A stretch of DNA of 64,000 bases from Callorhinchus milii (GCF_018977255.1 NW_024704743.1:75394001-75458000), one strand, 5' to 3'. Shown: positions 1 through 12,683, numbered from the stretch's first letter. Notes: a model not told the origin generated them from the letters alone. Translations and numbers: made by a program.

Positions 1-569
1 CCTCACTACATTCTTCTGCCTTTTTTTCTGGGGCATTGCTCAGTTGCCCTTCCTGTTTTTATATCCAACAATATCGGATACCATCACCTCTTCGTCCCTG
101 GTTTCCCAGCACCCCAAAAGAGTCTCAACAGTCCTGAGGCATATGCTCCAGGATATCCATGGAGGTAACCATCAGGATTCCTTCCATTCATTGCTTCTCG
201 CTATTTCCTGAAACTTTACCTCCAGGACAAAAGGCTATCTGACCTCATTAACTGCTGCCAGGGACTCCTCATGGGAATGTAAAGGGTCTACAGCACTGCA
301 GCACATTGCAACTGCTCGGGGTCATTGCCATCTACCTCTCTACGAAGAACTGAAGGTGTTTGCCAATGTATGGTTTAATAAAACAAGACGGTTTTAATAA
401 AAAATACAAACAGTTAGACTCGCAAGTGAGGAAGACACTCAGCCTTAGTGCTCACTCCCTAATCCCTGATCTGACTCATTTTCCCATGCTTGTGAATGCT
501 CCTTTACACCTCTTCACTAGGACTCACCATTTGAGTCATTCCAGTTGGGGAACCTGGACCTCAGTGTGA

Positions 570-1010
570 AATATGTGAGAGCATTGCCACCATCTTCCTA
601 CCTGCAGATCAGACACACATCCCTATCCATTGAGCAATGGAAACATTGATTGTTTCCATCAGCACCTTGGGATGTCCTCCCAATGTGAAAGGCGCTATAC
701 AAATATTGTTGTTGTTTTATTGCATCAGTTGGAAGTGCGGAGTCTGAGCAGCAGCTGCTTAACTCTCTGCAAGCCAATCAAGGTGGATTCCAAGAGCTGG
801 ATAGATGTGTTCACGAACCCAGACTTCAAGTAACACCTTCCAACAGCTGTTGCCTCAAGCCTCAGTTTCCTCATCAGCTATCTGGTGGGCATTCGTCTTC
901 AGCATGGTTTAGGAACCTATACAGCACAGGTTGTGAGATGCCACCATCTTGATGTATCGAGGTCTGTGTCCAATGTCACGCACCAGGCTAAGTTAGCACC
1001 AACTGTTTTG
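570..1010 (+). repeat. Unclassified dispersed repeat (homologous to 38090-38800)
   Basis: Shared blocks GTGAGAGCATTGCCACC, AGCAGCAGCTGCTTA, GTGTTCACGAAC, TTCCTCATCAGCTATCTGGTGGGCAT, AGCACCAACTGTT. Confidence 0.8.
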
Positions 1011-1408
1011 CTTAATGCACTGCACACTGCTTGTCAAGTACATAATGCCTGCTGTGAACTGAGTCCACTTCCAGAGTCCTATGCAACAAGTCAGTGTAGG
1101 CCAGAGCCCTCCGTCACTGCAGCCATTTCCCCTTTTTCCCCTTTCCCTTTTAACACATATTCAACCTCACTCCTTGATTGGACTTCACCAATGGGAAATG
1201 CTGAAGAAAACTAATCAGATCACTGTCTATCCTCAGAGCATTCTCTATCCCATCAGTTAAAGAACCTGGTACAAAAGGCATTTGTACCTTTGCAAGATAT
1301 ACATTCAAACAAAATTATGTGAATGAAAATATCTGGCTGTGATTCTAAAATATATTTATTTCCAACAAAAAGACATTTTTGTGGTTTAGATTGTCGCAGT
1401 AGTTTAAA

Positions 1409-1770
1409 ATAATAATAACTTGCAGTTGATATAGCATCTGTCATGTTGGGAGCATGTCTCAAAGTGCTTCATAGGATTTTCTATAAAGTGCAGTGACTAT
1501 ATTTTGTTGGTAAAAGCAGCATACAATCTTTACAAAGCAAAATGTTAGTGATTAATTTTATCTGGGGTATTGTTGGCCAGGATACCAGGAGAAATTCCCT
1601 TCTCTTTTCAAATAGTGCTTTGGGATCTTTAGCGTCCACCTGAACAGGCAAACTTGATCTTGGTTTAACATCTCATCTAAAGAACATCACCTCAATCAAT
1701 GGAGCACACCCCTAACCTGACACTTTGTCCCGAACTTTGTGACTCAGAACCGAAACTGCTAGCAACTGGA
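1409..1770 (-). mobile_element. Deu-domain SINE (SacSINE1/AmnSINE1-like) in a gcm2 intron
   Basis: Reverse complement has the Deu core GATGTTAAACCAAG...GCCTGTTCAGGTGGACGCTAAAGATCCCAAAGCACTATTTGAAAAGAG...TCCTGGCCAAC and an L2-type tail. Confidence 0.8.
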
Positions 1771-2044
1771 AAGAAACAGTAGTGTTTGAGCCACCTAAGG
1801 TACATCTAAAATAAGGGACCCTGAAGAATAGTAATCCCAAGCTCTGTGAGATGGAGCTCTGGATCAGAGCTGTGGATGAGGGCAGTCAGATGGAGTTCTG
1901 CACCATTTTTCCACATGTCAAACCCAACTGTCTATTTGATCTCTAATAGTTTTATAAATAAAGCCATATTCAAACGTTGCTGATCTAGAAAGCTTCTGCC
2001 ACAATCTAAACCATCAAACAACACACTGCAACTTTAAAAAGGCA

Positions 2045-2066
2045 AGAGAGAGAGAGAGAGAGAGAG
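2045..2066. repeat. (GA)n microsatellite near a gcm2 donor; other short repeats are (GA)n at 6475-6498 (each A block) and (AT)n at 40531-40556
   Basis: Read directly. Confidence 0.9.
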
Positions 2067-2098
2067 GCTGTTGTGAAGGGTTTCTTGCTGTTACTCAC

Positions 2099-2351
2099 TC
2101 TGCTGTTTCTGGCGCGCCTTGTCGCAGATGGCGGGTCGGAGCTGAAGTTTGCTGCCGTCAGGTAGGGTGCAGCTCCGGGCACAGATCACCACCCCCAGGC
2201 ACGACTTCTTGAGGATCTGACAGTTGTGATTGTTGGTGTTCCTCATGGCCCAGCCGCTCAGGTGTCTCTGCGCGTTTTTGTCATCCGCTCGGTAAATAAA
2301 CCGCACATAGCCATCCGTCCACTCATGAAAGCTGTCAAACTGCTTCAAGTC
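2099..2351 (-). CDS. gcm2: gcm2 second coding exon, GCM DNA-binding domain ([20 protein letters not shown]...[31 protein letters not shown]...[14 protein letters not shown]); gene continues beyond the left edge of the window
   Basis: Within ORF 2091..2375(-). Hallmark GCM motif [10 protein letters not shown]. Acceptor CTTTCAG (AG at 2353-2352), donor A|GTGAGT (GT at 2098-2097). 253 nt, phase 0 to 1, as I recall for human GCM2 exon 2. GCM2-type rather than GCM1-type residues ([20 protein letters not shown]). Confidence 0.96.
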
Positions 2352-2672
2352 CTGAAAGTTGCGCAAAATCCACAAGTTTTACTGATGTATTTTTCCCTTC
2401 TCTGATCGTTCGCAAACGCCCAAGTGTTTGAATTAAATCGGCCCTCAACAATTTTACCCCTCTCAGACAAAGGAAAATCATCTTTCTCCATTTCACAAAT
2501 AAAACCCAAACTAATGCTAAATGCAGGAGGGGGCGAGTTCCTGATTAATATTTCAGTGGAAGGAGATCCAGTAAATGACAACATGTCTATGTGTCACTGG
2601 TGGACCATCTTCAGACCAACCTCTGAGTTTCAAACACCACAGAAAGTGCCACCAAATATTGCTGTGTATTTA

Positions 2673-2906
2673 AGGTCCAAAATTCCGCCCAGTCTTTAGT
2701 CAGTAAGACCATTTTGTCTGAAAATATTCAAGGAATATAAAATTTAAACGAATTTAAAGCTTCTCGCAGTTCTTCAAAAATAAGCCAGCTTCCAAGTTGA
2801 GTTTGAAGTTGTTGTTTTTTCTCTCCTCAATTTGGTGCAGGCTTAACTTTTCAGACAAAAGGTTTCTTTTTTACGGGTCTCACAAAACTAGATGAAATTT
2901 CGGGCT
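2673..2906. mobile_element. Old MITE-like element with degenerate terminal inverted repeats in a gcm2 intron
   Basis: Left AGGTCCAAAATTCCGCCCAGT...TTTTGTCTGAAAA versus right TTTTCAGACAAAA...ACTAGATGAAATTTCGGGCT. Confidence 0.5.
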
Positions 2907-3710
2907 TTTCATTTCAAACAAGGAAGTGATTTGAGTACAAAAAAAATTCTGTCTCAGTTGCAAACCATCTCCATGTGTAACTGCGAAGAATGTGAGTGAA
3001 AGAGATACAGGGTCAAGGAAGAGTGTGTTTGACAGAATAAATGTGCCGGGGTTTTAGGGTGATCTGCTACTCTTCGCATGAGGACACACATGGTCACGGA
3101 TTACATATCAATTTACAGACACCTAATAGAAATACGAATTCGCTATTTGTAATTTGTAATACTTCTTAGATGGAAAGATACGAATTATCGCAGCTTTAGA
3201 AACCCAAGTCAATACATTGTATCTTTGCCAGTGTAGGGTCTGGAGGGGTGGGAATCCGATCTGCCTGAGTTTATTTCGTATAACTTTTATTTTTATAATT
3301 ATATGGAAAATACAGCAGCCAGCAAAAGTGTAACGAATGCCTACACAGTGTGCTCAGTGAGTGTGATGGGCTCAAATAGCACAGATGAAATGCTTTTGCT
3401 GCAGTTTGCAGTCCCCGTGCAGTATATATTTAATGTACACCGTTTTCGGAGAGAAAGAAATCCGTCTAACATAAAAAAAACACGGAATTTAGCGACTCCT
3501 CTTTAGATCACCTACATTAAGGGCTTTGAGTTTCGAGTCAAATTGACTCTTGGGTTAAGAAGGACGGAGGGCAGTGCAAATTTAAAGCTATGTGAGAGCT
3601 TCACAAGAAAAAAAAACACTTAAAAAAGGAAATGTGCTTTCATGAGGAATCCTTACTTATTTCCTTATTTCTCTTACGAAAGGAAAGTTGTGAAGTTAGC
3701 TGTGAGTTAC

Positions 3711-3803
3711 CTGTGGCAGCTTCGGGTCGTTGATATCCCACGTTAGTTTCATCCCAAAGGAGCACACGCAGTCAGTGCCTTGGTACTGATCATCCTTAGA
3801 CAT
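3711..3803 (-). CDS. gcm2: gcm2 first coding exon (ATG to phase-0 donor): MSKDDQYQGTDCVCSFGMKLTWDINDPKLPQ
   Basis: Manual minus-strand translation (not in the ORF track). The CVCSFGMKLTWDINDPKLPQ motif matches the vertebrate GCM2 N-terminus. CAG|GTAACT donor at 3710-3705; joins in frame to the exon starting at 2351. Confidence 0.95.
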
Positions 3804-3846
3804 CTTCACTTGCAGCCGACGACCCCCCTCCTCACCACCACACCTC
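3804..3846 (-). other. gcm2: 5' UTR part of the ATG-containing gcm2 exon, preceded by a splice acceptor
   Basis: Minus strand reads TGTCTTTGTCCCTGACCCCAG|GAGGTG: pyrimidine tract plus AG at 3848-3847, 43 nt before the ATG. This implies an upstream exon. Confidence 0.6.
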
Positions 3847-4829
3847 CTGGGGTCAGGGACAAAGACACATCAATAACATTAATCAACACATAATAATAAT
3901 ATTTTTTAAAAAAAAGGATTAACGTTAATATGGGTAAAAACCAATACTACAATCTGTGTTTGCCTTCAAAGGTTTGGGCGAAAAAAAAACATCTTTCCCG
4001 AATGTTGCTTGAATTTGGCTGATTAAAGATTGGACGTGACGAGTCCCCAACGTACCCAATGCATTTTCTTAACGCCTTGGGATGTGACAAATGTTTGAGG
4101 AAGACGACACTTGCGCCTGGCCCTGGGTTACACGGGGTGCGCTCTCTTTGGGCAGGAGTTGCAATGCAACGGTGGTTCTGAGCTCAGGTGAACAGTGCTT
4201 GTGACCTGAGGGCAGAGCTGCCTGTAATCCACACGTAGGCACTCAGTCAGTCAGTCAAACACAACCCACCTGCCAACCAATCTGTGTGCAGGTCACAAAC
4301 ACACAGAGGCACCGCCAGCCACACAAACAGCACCAGGTGGACCTACAGGCGCATCAAAGGTCCAACCAGCAGTTTACAGGACCATGTAAACACGTTGTTA
4401 TAGACTTCACTCTCATCCCAAGTATTTGATCCGCAATAGCCATAACAGCGATTGTTATGAGTAAAAGCACCACGCACCCATGCCCTGCCTCGAGATTTAT
4501 TTTAGTAAATTTGAATTGATTTGTTAAGGATTATTGTGATGCGATTATGGAAGACGATGTCAAAATGTACAGTACATTTCACGTACGAGCATTCAAAGGT
4601 TCTCCCAGTGACATTGATCCGCTCACCAATAGAATACGAATTGGGCTGTGCACGGGATTGGCGTAAGGAGAGCCCATCTTATTTTTTTAAAAAGAAATCA
4701 TCTTTTGAAAATATTGTTGTCAAAACACCAATGTGTTTATTTATAATCATACTCATGACGTGTGAATCAATAGCTTTCGAAGATGAGACTGATGGGTAAG
4801 AAAGTTCACAAGGAATGCCAGACAAGAAA

Positions 4830-5228
4830 CATACCCTAACTAAAGTATGAAAGTATATACAAAACATACAATAAGTATGCAAACAAAGTATACACTAAAG
4901 GTATGTACTAAACATACAATAAACTATGTAACTGAAATATATTACATTGGTGTGAAACTAAAATATTCACTAAAATATACTAATGTATATATTAAAGTAT
5001 ACAGCATGTTTGCAATACACTATATAACTAGAATATAATATATAATAATAATAACGTAAATACCTAAATATAACCTAAATATACATTGAAAGTTAAATAT
5101 AACTAAAGTATATATATCAAACATACACCGATGTACGCATTAAAGTATTCTCTAAACATATACTGAATTTCATAATTACAATATATACCAAAACAAATAT
5201 ATGCACTAATAGTATCTACTAAACATCA
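4830..5228. repeat. Degenerate AT-rich minisatellite (~11-bp AAA(G/C)(T/A)ATACACT-like units)
   Basis: Recurrent AAACATAC, AAAGTAT and AAATATAC units. Confidence 0.6.
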
Positions 5229-5374
5229 AAAGAGGATGTTTCTCAGTGATATATTTGGAGAGTTTAAAAACATCAAATGGTGACTGGTTCAAAAGCCTAG
5301 TGATAAATATTATCAGTCCATACAGTGCAGATCAGAAATACTCATTGTTTTGGCGTTGCTTCAAAAAATATATA

Positions 5375-5740
5375 AAAATAATCCTTGCATTTGATATAGC
5401 GCCTGATCTTCCAGACGTCTCAAAGCGCTTCACAGAATATCTTGTAAATTGAATTGACTGTATATTTTGTGGGCGAAACGCGACAGCCAATTGCGCACAG
5501 CAGTGTCCCACAAACAGTCGTGGATTGAAGTGACCAATTTATTATTTTTTTTGAAGGATTTATTACCACCGATAGAGTGATCCGCCAATCGACTAACAAT
5601 CCCGGTTCCTACTTACTGTTGGGTAAACAGAGGTGTGTGGAACAAGGAAACTTGCCCAACATTTCGCCCTCTTGGGGATCAAACCCGGGTCTCTCACTTG
5701 CGAGACGAGTGCTTTAACCCCTGAACTACAGGAATCCACA
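5375..5740 (-). mobile_element. tRNA-Ala-derived SINE with L2-type tail (longer internal variant)
   Basis: Same head and tail as 51779-52131, with an extra ~60 nt at ~5566-5630. Confidence 0.88.
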
Positions 5741-6223
5741 TATATTATGTTTACCAACAGAAAATCTGCTTCTGAAATAAAAGTTTCATGATTCTGAATT
5801 ATGACGGTCACCAGACTGGGGCGATTCTGAGTAAAAGCTACAGACATGTCACCACAAACCGAGTTGCTCAAACACAGGCGGACAGGTCTGTGCGCTTTAG
5901 CTGAGACCAGCATTGTCGGCGTGGCAGTAAGTTGCAGATAAGTCGGAAAAAAAAAGGTTGTTTAATGTAAACCCACTATTGCAAGTCGATTTTCAACCAA
6001 CCGTTCACCAAGAGTCCTTATAAATCAGCAAGAGTGTGGTAGGAAATCAATGCAATCTGTGTGTACCTCGATCATTCATTACAACCCACTTCAATGATAG
6101 TCTTCATATACAACTGTGGGAAGGATTTTTTTTTGGGGGGTGGAAATAATTTTGCCACCGACCGAAAAGAGGACGTTGTCCCCCAAAGTTCATTGCCAGG
6201 TTTCACAAGCGCACAATCCTCAC

Positions 6224-6379
6224 CTGTGCAGAGCGGCACCTCACACAGTGTCAGCCCGTGAGGGACTTCTGTCTTCAAATTTCTGATCGGACAGAATTGT
6301 GGAGAATTCATCAATTCCATCGTTTGCACGAACTTAAATCTTAAATCGTGGTGACGGAGAGATATTAAGTGTATATATA
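6224..6379 (-). promoter_or_regulatory. Candidate gcm2 TATA box and non-coding first exon (repeated in all four A blocks)
   Basis: TATATATA at 6372-6379; strong donor CAG|GTGAGG with exon end at 6224; CpG-containing context. Alternative donor CAG|GTAGAC at 6440. Motif evidence only. Confidence 0.35.
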
Positions 6380-9300
6380 CTTAAACGCAGGGAAAGCCGT
6401 GTGCACGATGGGTTGGAAGCCACTGATCTAACAGTCTACCTGTCAGGGCTATGTGCTGTTGAGCTGCTCAGTTGCAGAGAGAGAGAGAGAGAGAGAGACG
6501 CTGCAAAATAACCATCTGCATAAAACCGTGACTTGCAACAACCGAGGCAGCGATTAGCAATAAGTACATGGATTTCACCCATCATATATCGCTTGAAAAA
6601 ATGAAGCAAATCCTGGTCACCAAAAAACAACACCTGAAAAGTTACTGATCGCTCAATCCGATCGTTTATATTTGCTTTCATTTGGGTATAAATTATATTA
6701 CAACCCACTTTCGTTTTACACATTTGCGCCGTGGAAGCTGTCAGTGTTTTGCAGTATTTAAATGGTGGTTTGACGGGATCATTTAACACCAATCAAATAA
6801 TTATTAGGAATGCAATCCCACCGGTTAGTATGGATGAAATCGCCATTGTTATATCCCATTGGTTATTAAATTACAAGATGGGTTTGGGAATAAACATAAT
6901 AAGCGGAATGTACTGAGGAGATCACACAGAGGGCGAGGTACAGAAACCTGCCCGGAAACACCCGTCACTTCTTCCATACAAATGTAGCAGTTTCTTGGGT
7001 CCCATCAATCCATATCATTGATCCATAATCCGTACCTGTGCTGGAAGGAGATTCCCCCGTTGTGAAAACTACTTCTTATCTTGTTCTACTGGTTTCGGTG
7101 TCCAAACAATTCCTGGCACCGAAACTATGTGCAATATACAAATGAAGGAAGGCGCAATTAAACATAGGTTTTGATTTAATCATTCGCACTTCATTGCTCG
7201 GTGTAGAATACAATCTCCAGAGAGATCTTATGATCTGTGGAGATTGATGATCGGGTGAGTCTTACAAGACAGTGAATTTACACGCAGTATTATCCCACAA
7301 ATAGCCATGGAATGGAATTATTAAGTGAATCGCTCTGTTTGGAAAATTGTTGGTCAGGCCACTGGGAGAAAATCTCCTAATTTTTCAATGAAGTGCCATA
7401 AGATCTATAAACTCAGCGAATGCAACCATATTTTGTAAGCTAAATTCGGTTAAAATAAAATAATTGAACTCACCACAATCCCTGATGCTGGCAGTGCTGG
7501 TGAAGCTTGTTGGATTAATGGCTGTATTTCTCTGATGAATGTGCCTGTTTTACAATGTTATTATTTTTGCTCAGTTTGTTGCTGAAGTCAATGTGGACAC
7601 AATACCTTATCCGGGATCTGTCCTTGGAAATCGGGGATGTATGGCCACAGTACGAATAAGGTCCATCTGAACAGGTCGATGGGACCTCTGTTTTATGCCA
7701 TTGATATTATCCCAAGGATTTGCTAAGCACTTTTATTGACCACACCATACCATGAAAACTAGCTTGAAGTATGGTTAAAATAGATGGTAGATGTGTAATT
7801 TGTCATGATCAGAAGTGGTAGTAACACTTAAAAAAAGCTAAGAGGTGAGTGACGAGCTATAGTCATAGAACATAAAATATACCCCCACTAGTGAAGCTTT
7901 CCAGATTCAAACACATTGTTCCACAAAATTAATTTAATCTACTCAATTTAACATTTTCCCTACAAAGTATGCAGTCACTCAGTGCATCACGTGAAGCGCT
8001 TTGATATGTCATCCCAATGTTTAGGGGCTATATCTAATGTAAAGATTATTATTGTGGGATTATTATTTGCCAGAAGGTCAAAATGAACAAATTAATATTT
8101 TTCTTAATACTAAAGCTAGTTGTTATCACATTGAAGATGCAGTGATATTTGAGCCTGTTGTATGGGCAGCAAGAAGAAACCAATGCACAAATAGGATGCC
8201 AAAGAGAGGTGTCTTATGAAGAAGATTATTCCTAAATTGTACTGAAACCAAGAACATCCAAAGGCAAAAACAATTTACATTTATTTATCACCCTTTATGC
8301 AGGACAGAGATGAAGCACAATTTTGATGTCCATACACCCAGATATTGTGAATCATAAAACAAAACTAAGATAGTGGGGTTATAGCAAAACAAAAGCATTT
8401 TCAATCCTAATGTTCAGTGTTTAACAATAAGGTCTTCAAAGCCTTCCCATTCTGATATGACCCCAAATGACACAACTCTCAACTGACAGGTTAGAGTGGT
8501 TTATGCTAATTGTACAGTGCAGATATTTATCCTTTTTCACTGCTGGCCTTTACATGTGCTACCTGTAATGGGAAATTAGTTTTTCCAATGAATTAAATGA
8601 GCATTTTATCCCCTAAGCAAACCAATGACATCTACTCTGTGTGACCACTTCGTATTTGGGAGAACATAATCTTTCCTTTCCTCTATGTTTGGTCATAAAT
8701 GAGACATAATTCACCAATCTGGATATATCCACTGTATCCCCAGTGAAAAAATATTCCCTTTTCCTGACCGTGCTCTAACATCATCGCACCTCCAACGACA
8801 CCACAAAACATATAAACTAGCTACAGTATTTAAAAAATACGAATGTGTTCATCTTGCACCTTCTGATAAAGTAGATTAATAATTATCATATGTTAAATGC
8901 CTGCTTATAGTTCACTCTTTTGGATTGCTTTTACTTTTCTCCTGAGATTGAAAGTCACTCTCTCTGGTAAATATATATAATATATATATGCGTATATGTA
9001 TGTGTGTGTGTGCATACATGTGTGTGAGTGCGAGTGTATGTGGCAGATATCAAGTGTGTTAATAAACAATTGATTAGCTAGACACTTGCACTTTATCAAC
9101 TTAAATCTGAACCTTTCCAAATGGTACTGCTTTGAAACACATTGCTAAGCAATATTTATAAAGGATACAAATTAAAATATTTATCAACTGAAAAACTATG
9201 AAAACTTTGGAAGCCATATAAGAGCTGAGAAATTGAATTGAAAGCTATAAATAAGAAGCTAACAGAAGGAATTTTACAGAATATGTAATGATTTAAATGA

Positions 9301-9478
9301 TTAGATATTACAAAAAGGGTAAAATCTGCGGTGTTTTGGAAGGAAAGCATTTTGAAACGCTGAAGGTTTTGCCACATCATCTGTCACTGCTTAATATTGT
9401 CCCTGTATCAGGACTGAACTCACAATGCAGTGTAATATTCCACTGAAGGGGTGTTGCAATGTTGGAGATGCCTTCCTT

Positions 9479-9965
9479 TAATAATAATAATAATCCTTGC
9501 ATTTGATATAGCGCTTTTCACATCTTCTAGATGTCTCAAAGCACTTCACAAAATATGCTGTAAAGTGAATTGACTGTATATTTGTGGTCGAAACGCAGCA
9601 GCCAATTGCACACAGCAGTGTCCCACAAACAGTCGTGGATTGAAAATGACCAATTTATTATTGTTTTGTTTTTTGGAGGGACTATTATTAGGCTTTAGAT
9701 GTGACATTAAATCAGGGACCCGTCTGCCTGTTCAGGTGAATATTACAATTCCAATAGCACTATTCAAGAAGAGAAGGGAGTTTTTCCCACTATCCTGGAC
9801 AACAATCATGCATAAAATTGATCATTAACTTCGTGGCTGTTTGTGCGACATTGTTGTGTGAAAATTGGTTGTCACATTCACCTACAAAAACATAGAAAAT
9901 GTTGTGAAGTGCTTTGGGACCCTTTAATGTGATAAGGTATTATACCAAATACAAGGCTTATTATT
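9479..9965. mobile_element. Head-to-head SINE pair inside block B (minus-strand SINE 3' part 9479-9690; plus-strand Deu-SINE 9690-9965); repeated at ~16378-16866 and ~23382-23873
   Basis: (AAT)n-CCTTGCATTTGATATAGCGC tail, then Deu core CCCGTCTGCCTGTTCAGGTGAAT...GCACTATTCAAGAAGAG. Confidence 0.75.
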
Positions 9966-11549
9966 ATACTTTATTTTATTTCTAGCTCACGTTTAATGTT
10001 TCAAAGTTTAATTTCTAAACAATGTATTTATTTTAATAACTAAGTGTAGAAATACAAAACGAATCGTATATGTACATAGACCACAATCGAAGCACAGGAA
10101 TAAATGCCTTTCATTTTACTAGCCTCCACCAAGCTTCCAAAGAGAGCAATATCTATATTAATTTAGGATTAAAAATAAAGGCTGCTTTTAGAATAGAATA
10201 AAATTAAAAAAAAACACGTCCACAGGAAAATTCAATTTCCTACTGAAGTAAGTGGATTTATTGTTACCAAATCGGAAACAGGTGAGACCAGAGTTGACCA
10301 ATGTTGCCCAAAAAACTATTTTCCCAAAATAAAATCAATAATAAAATAAAATCAATGCAGATTTCAGACATGGTTTTAATAAGCAAAATGTCACCTATAA
10401 TTAGATAACACACTCTCAGTATCCAAGTATACAAGTCTAGTTTTATACTTTATACTTTGAATTTAATAAGTGAAACTGTTTTGTACTTTGTTCAATGAAA
10501 CTGAATTTGCAACTTCTAGAAACACACGAAACGGTGAATTATTAAGAAAAGCACAACGCTAACCATCAAATCTGAGCGATCCAAATAATTTTATTTACAA
10601 TATATGAGTACTTGGCTGCTGTGTAACAACCCATTATTTAGAAATTGACCACATTTCTTCAACGTTACAGTTCATGATAGATTGAAATCATGCAACAGCC
10701 TGATTTACACTATTACAAGTCCTCTCCCCTGGTTTACCACCGGTTCAACAATTGTGATTCTTTTTTTAAGCAAAGTAATTTTTGAAAGTGATCCGTGAAG
10801 CATATGCGAAAAATATTAGTCTTCAGATATAAGCCGGGTTTTCAGATTGCTGTGCTCTTGCAGAATTTAAGACTAAAGACTAACGCGGCGTTGACACAAT
10901 TCCACACTTTGTAAACAGTTCATCTGTATTAAAGCCATCAGAGATTCAGTCAAATATCGTTTCACATTTGTTCCACTTTCTAGTATTTGACATAAATGGA
11001 AATAGAGCGGGGAAACGTAAGGGAATTGTCGATACATATGCATATTCGTTTTGAGATGTCTGGAAGATGTGATAAGGTGTTGTATGTATCAAATACAAGG
11101 ATTATATTAGTATTATTAAGTAGTGAAAGCCTCAGAACTCGGCGCCGGTGTAAATACATCAAATCACCCAGAATACGCCATGTGTTGCAGCTGAACAAGA
11201 ATCAGAATTTCACATTACTGAGCGTTTCCTTTTAAACATATTACAAATGCGTCTTTAACATGACACACAGGAACAGTGTCACACTTTAGGACCAGGTTAT
11301 ATCCCCCTTTCACACCCAACTTCCCAAACAGAGCTATTAGCCCAGGATAAATAAAACACGGGCTTCATCCGGAAATTAGAGACGCGTTTTTTACAATAAA
11401 CAAATTCAAGGAAAACTTTTTTTTGTTCTAAGGTTATTGAGACATTTAGAAAATAGTTTATTCTGCTAAATTTCCCTTCTGAAATCACGCCAGTAGTCAA
11501 TTCGGCTTATCAGTCAACGACATGATAAGGCGCTCTATCAAATGCAAGG

Positions 11550-11581
<32 letters not shown>

Positions 11582-12683
11582 CATTATTGGAACCTTGAGG
11601 GAAAAATATTTCCTAAGGTGCCTTTTGTGTGTTTGGAAGCTCATGTAAATCAGAAGACTTCCAGTCACTGGAGAGAAAGATAATAAATAAACGTGTTGCA
11701 GTATTCAGCGACAAACCTGGACTGTGTAACATTGAGGCTGGAGGCGATGCTGTATACACTACACTCTGAACTCTGCCCGTGAATAAGTATCGTCAACTGA
11801 GATAACCCTTCACATTGCCTCTCATCTCCGCCACCCGCACAGACACAAGTCTTCGGTCGTTGCAAGGCGAGGAAGCAGATATCTGTCACCTCCTGAAAGC
11901 CAGGAGACCCCCCCAGTCTGTGAGGAAGGGGACCTCTGTACAGATACAGCACACATTTGTGTGATGGCGTTAAAGTCCAGCAGACTCCGAGCGTCTCTCT
12001 TCACCAACGTCCCTTATCAGGACTGTTCACGGCCAGTTTCCAAATGCACATTTATTGCTGTGTTTGACCATTGCATTAGAACTCAATATCCATGTACAAA
12101 GTGCAGCATAACGTGGGGAGTGGGAGGAGTGGGGGTTAATCTCCTATCCTTTCCCCAGCCCAAAGTTTGACAATGCCACCAATAAGCTGCATTTAAACAG
12201 ATCACACGTATCACACGAATTAACCCCAGTTGGGTCTATTTTTCGTAATATTTTGGTTCAGAGACTGCGATTCTCAAAGGGAGCGGATATTTTAGTGGTG
12301 GAAAGCAGTGGGAAAACAAGATCAACTGATGATGCACAAAGCACCTCGCTGTGGTCTGGGAAGGACGTGTGGAGAGATGCTGAGAGTTTATTGAACTTTA
12401 AACCGATCAAACAACTTCATTGATATATGAACTGAGGTCCCCACCTTCTCACAGACTGACCGGTTCTTCCGATCATAAGAGGTGGAAGGTCTCTGCTTCC
12501 TGCGGCACTTTATATGCTGATGTTTGCAACATTACCTGTCACAGTCCGTATTTATTTCTGCCCTGAAAAGCAATGGCCAAGTCAACATTGATGATCGATA
12601 TATTCGCTAAACTCACCTGAATCTGTGCTGTCAGTGGCGCTGCCCCTCGGGATGAAACCTCTTCTCACTTCCTTCTTGGGCGT

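Noticed and set aside
859..876. MIR/CORE-like GCCTCAGTTTCCTCATC
   Set aside because: Part of the unclassified repeat (the paralog at ~38644 reads GCCTCAGAGTTTCCTCATC) and the flanks do not match MIR.
1876..1883. GCM-binding consensus ATGAGGGC in a gcm2 intron (autoregulation)
   Set aside because: A degenerate 8-mer is expected several times by chance in 64 kb; another match sits in an L2 relic near 58717. No clustering seen.
1..2096. Next gcm2 exon (CPNC...CRGHSGYPVTNFW)
   Set aside because: Not found by eye in this interval, which is mostly repeats; presumably beyond the left edge.
6111..7266. Block A as an LTR (TGT at 6115 ... ACA at 7266/28086) of a tandem LTR retroelement
   Set aside because: No matching TSD (CAAC vs TTTT), no tRNA primer-binding site or polypurine tract, and block B has no gag/pol remnants, only ordinary SINE-containing genomic DNA.
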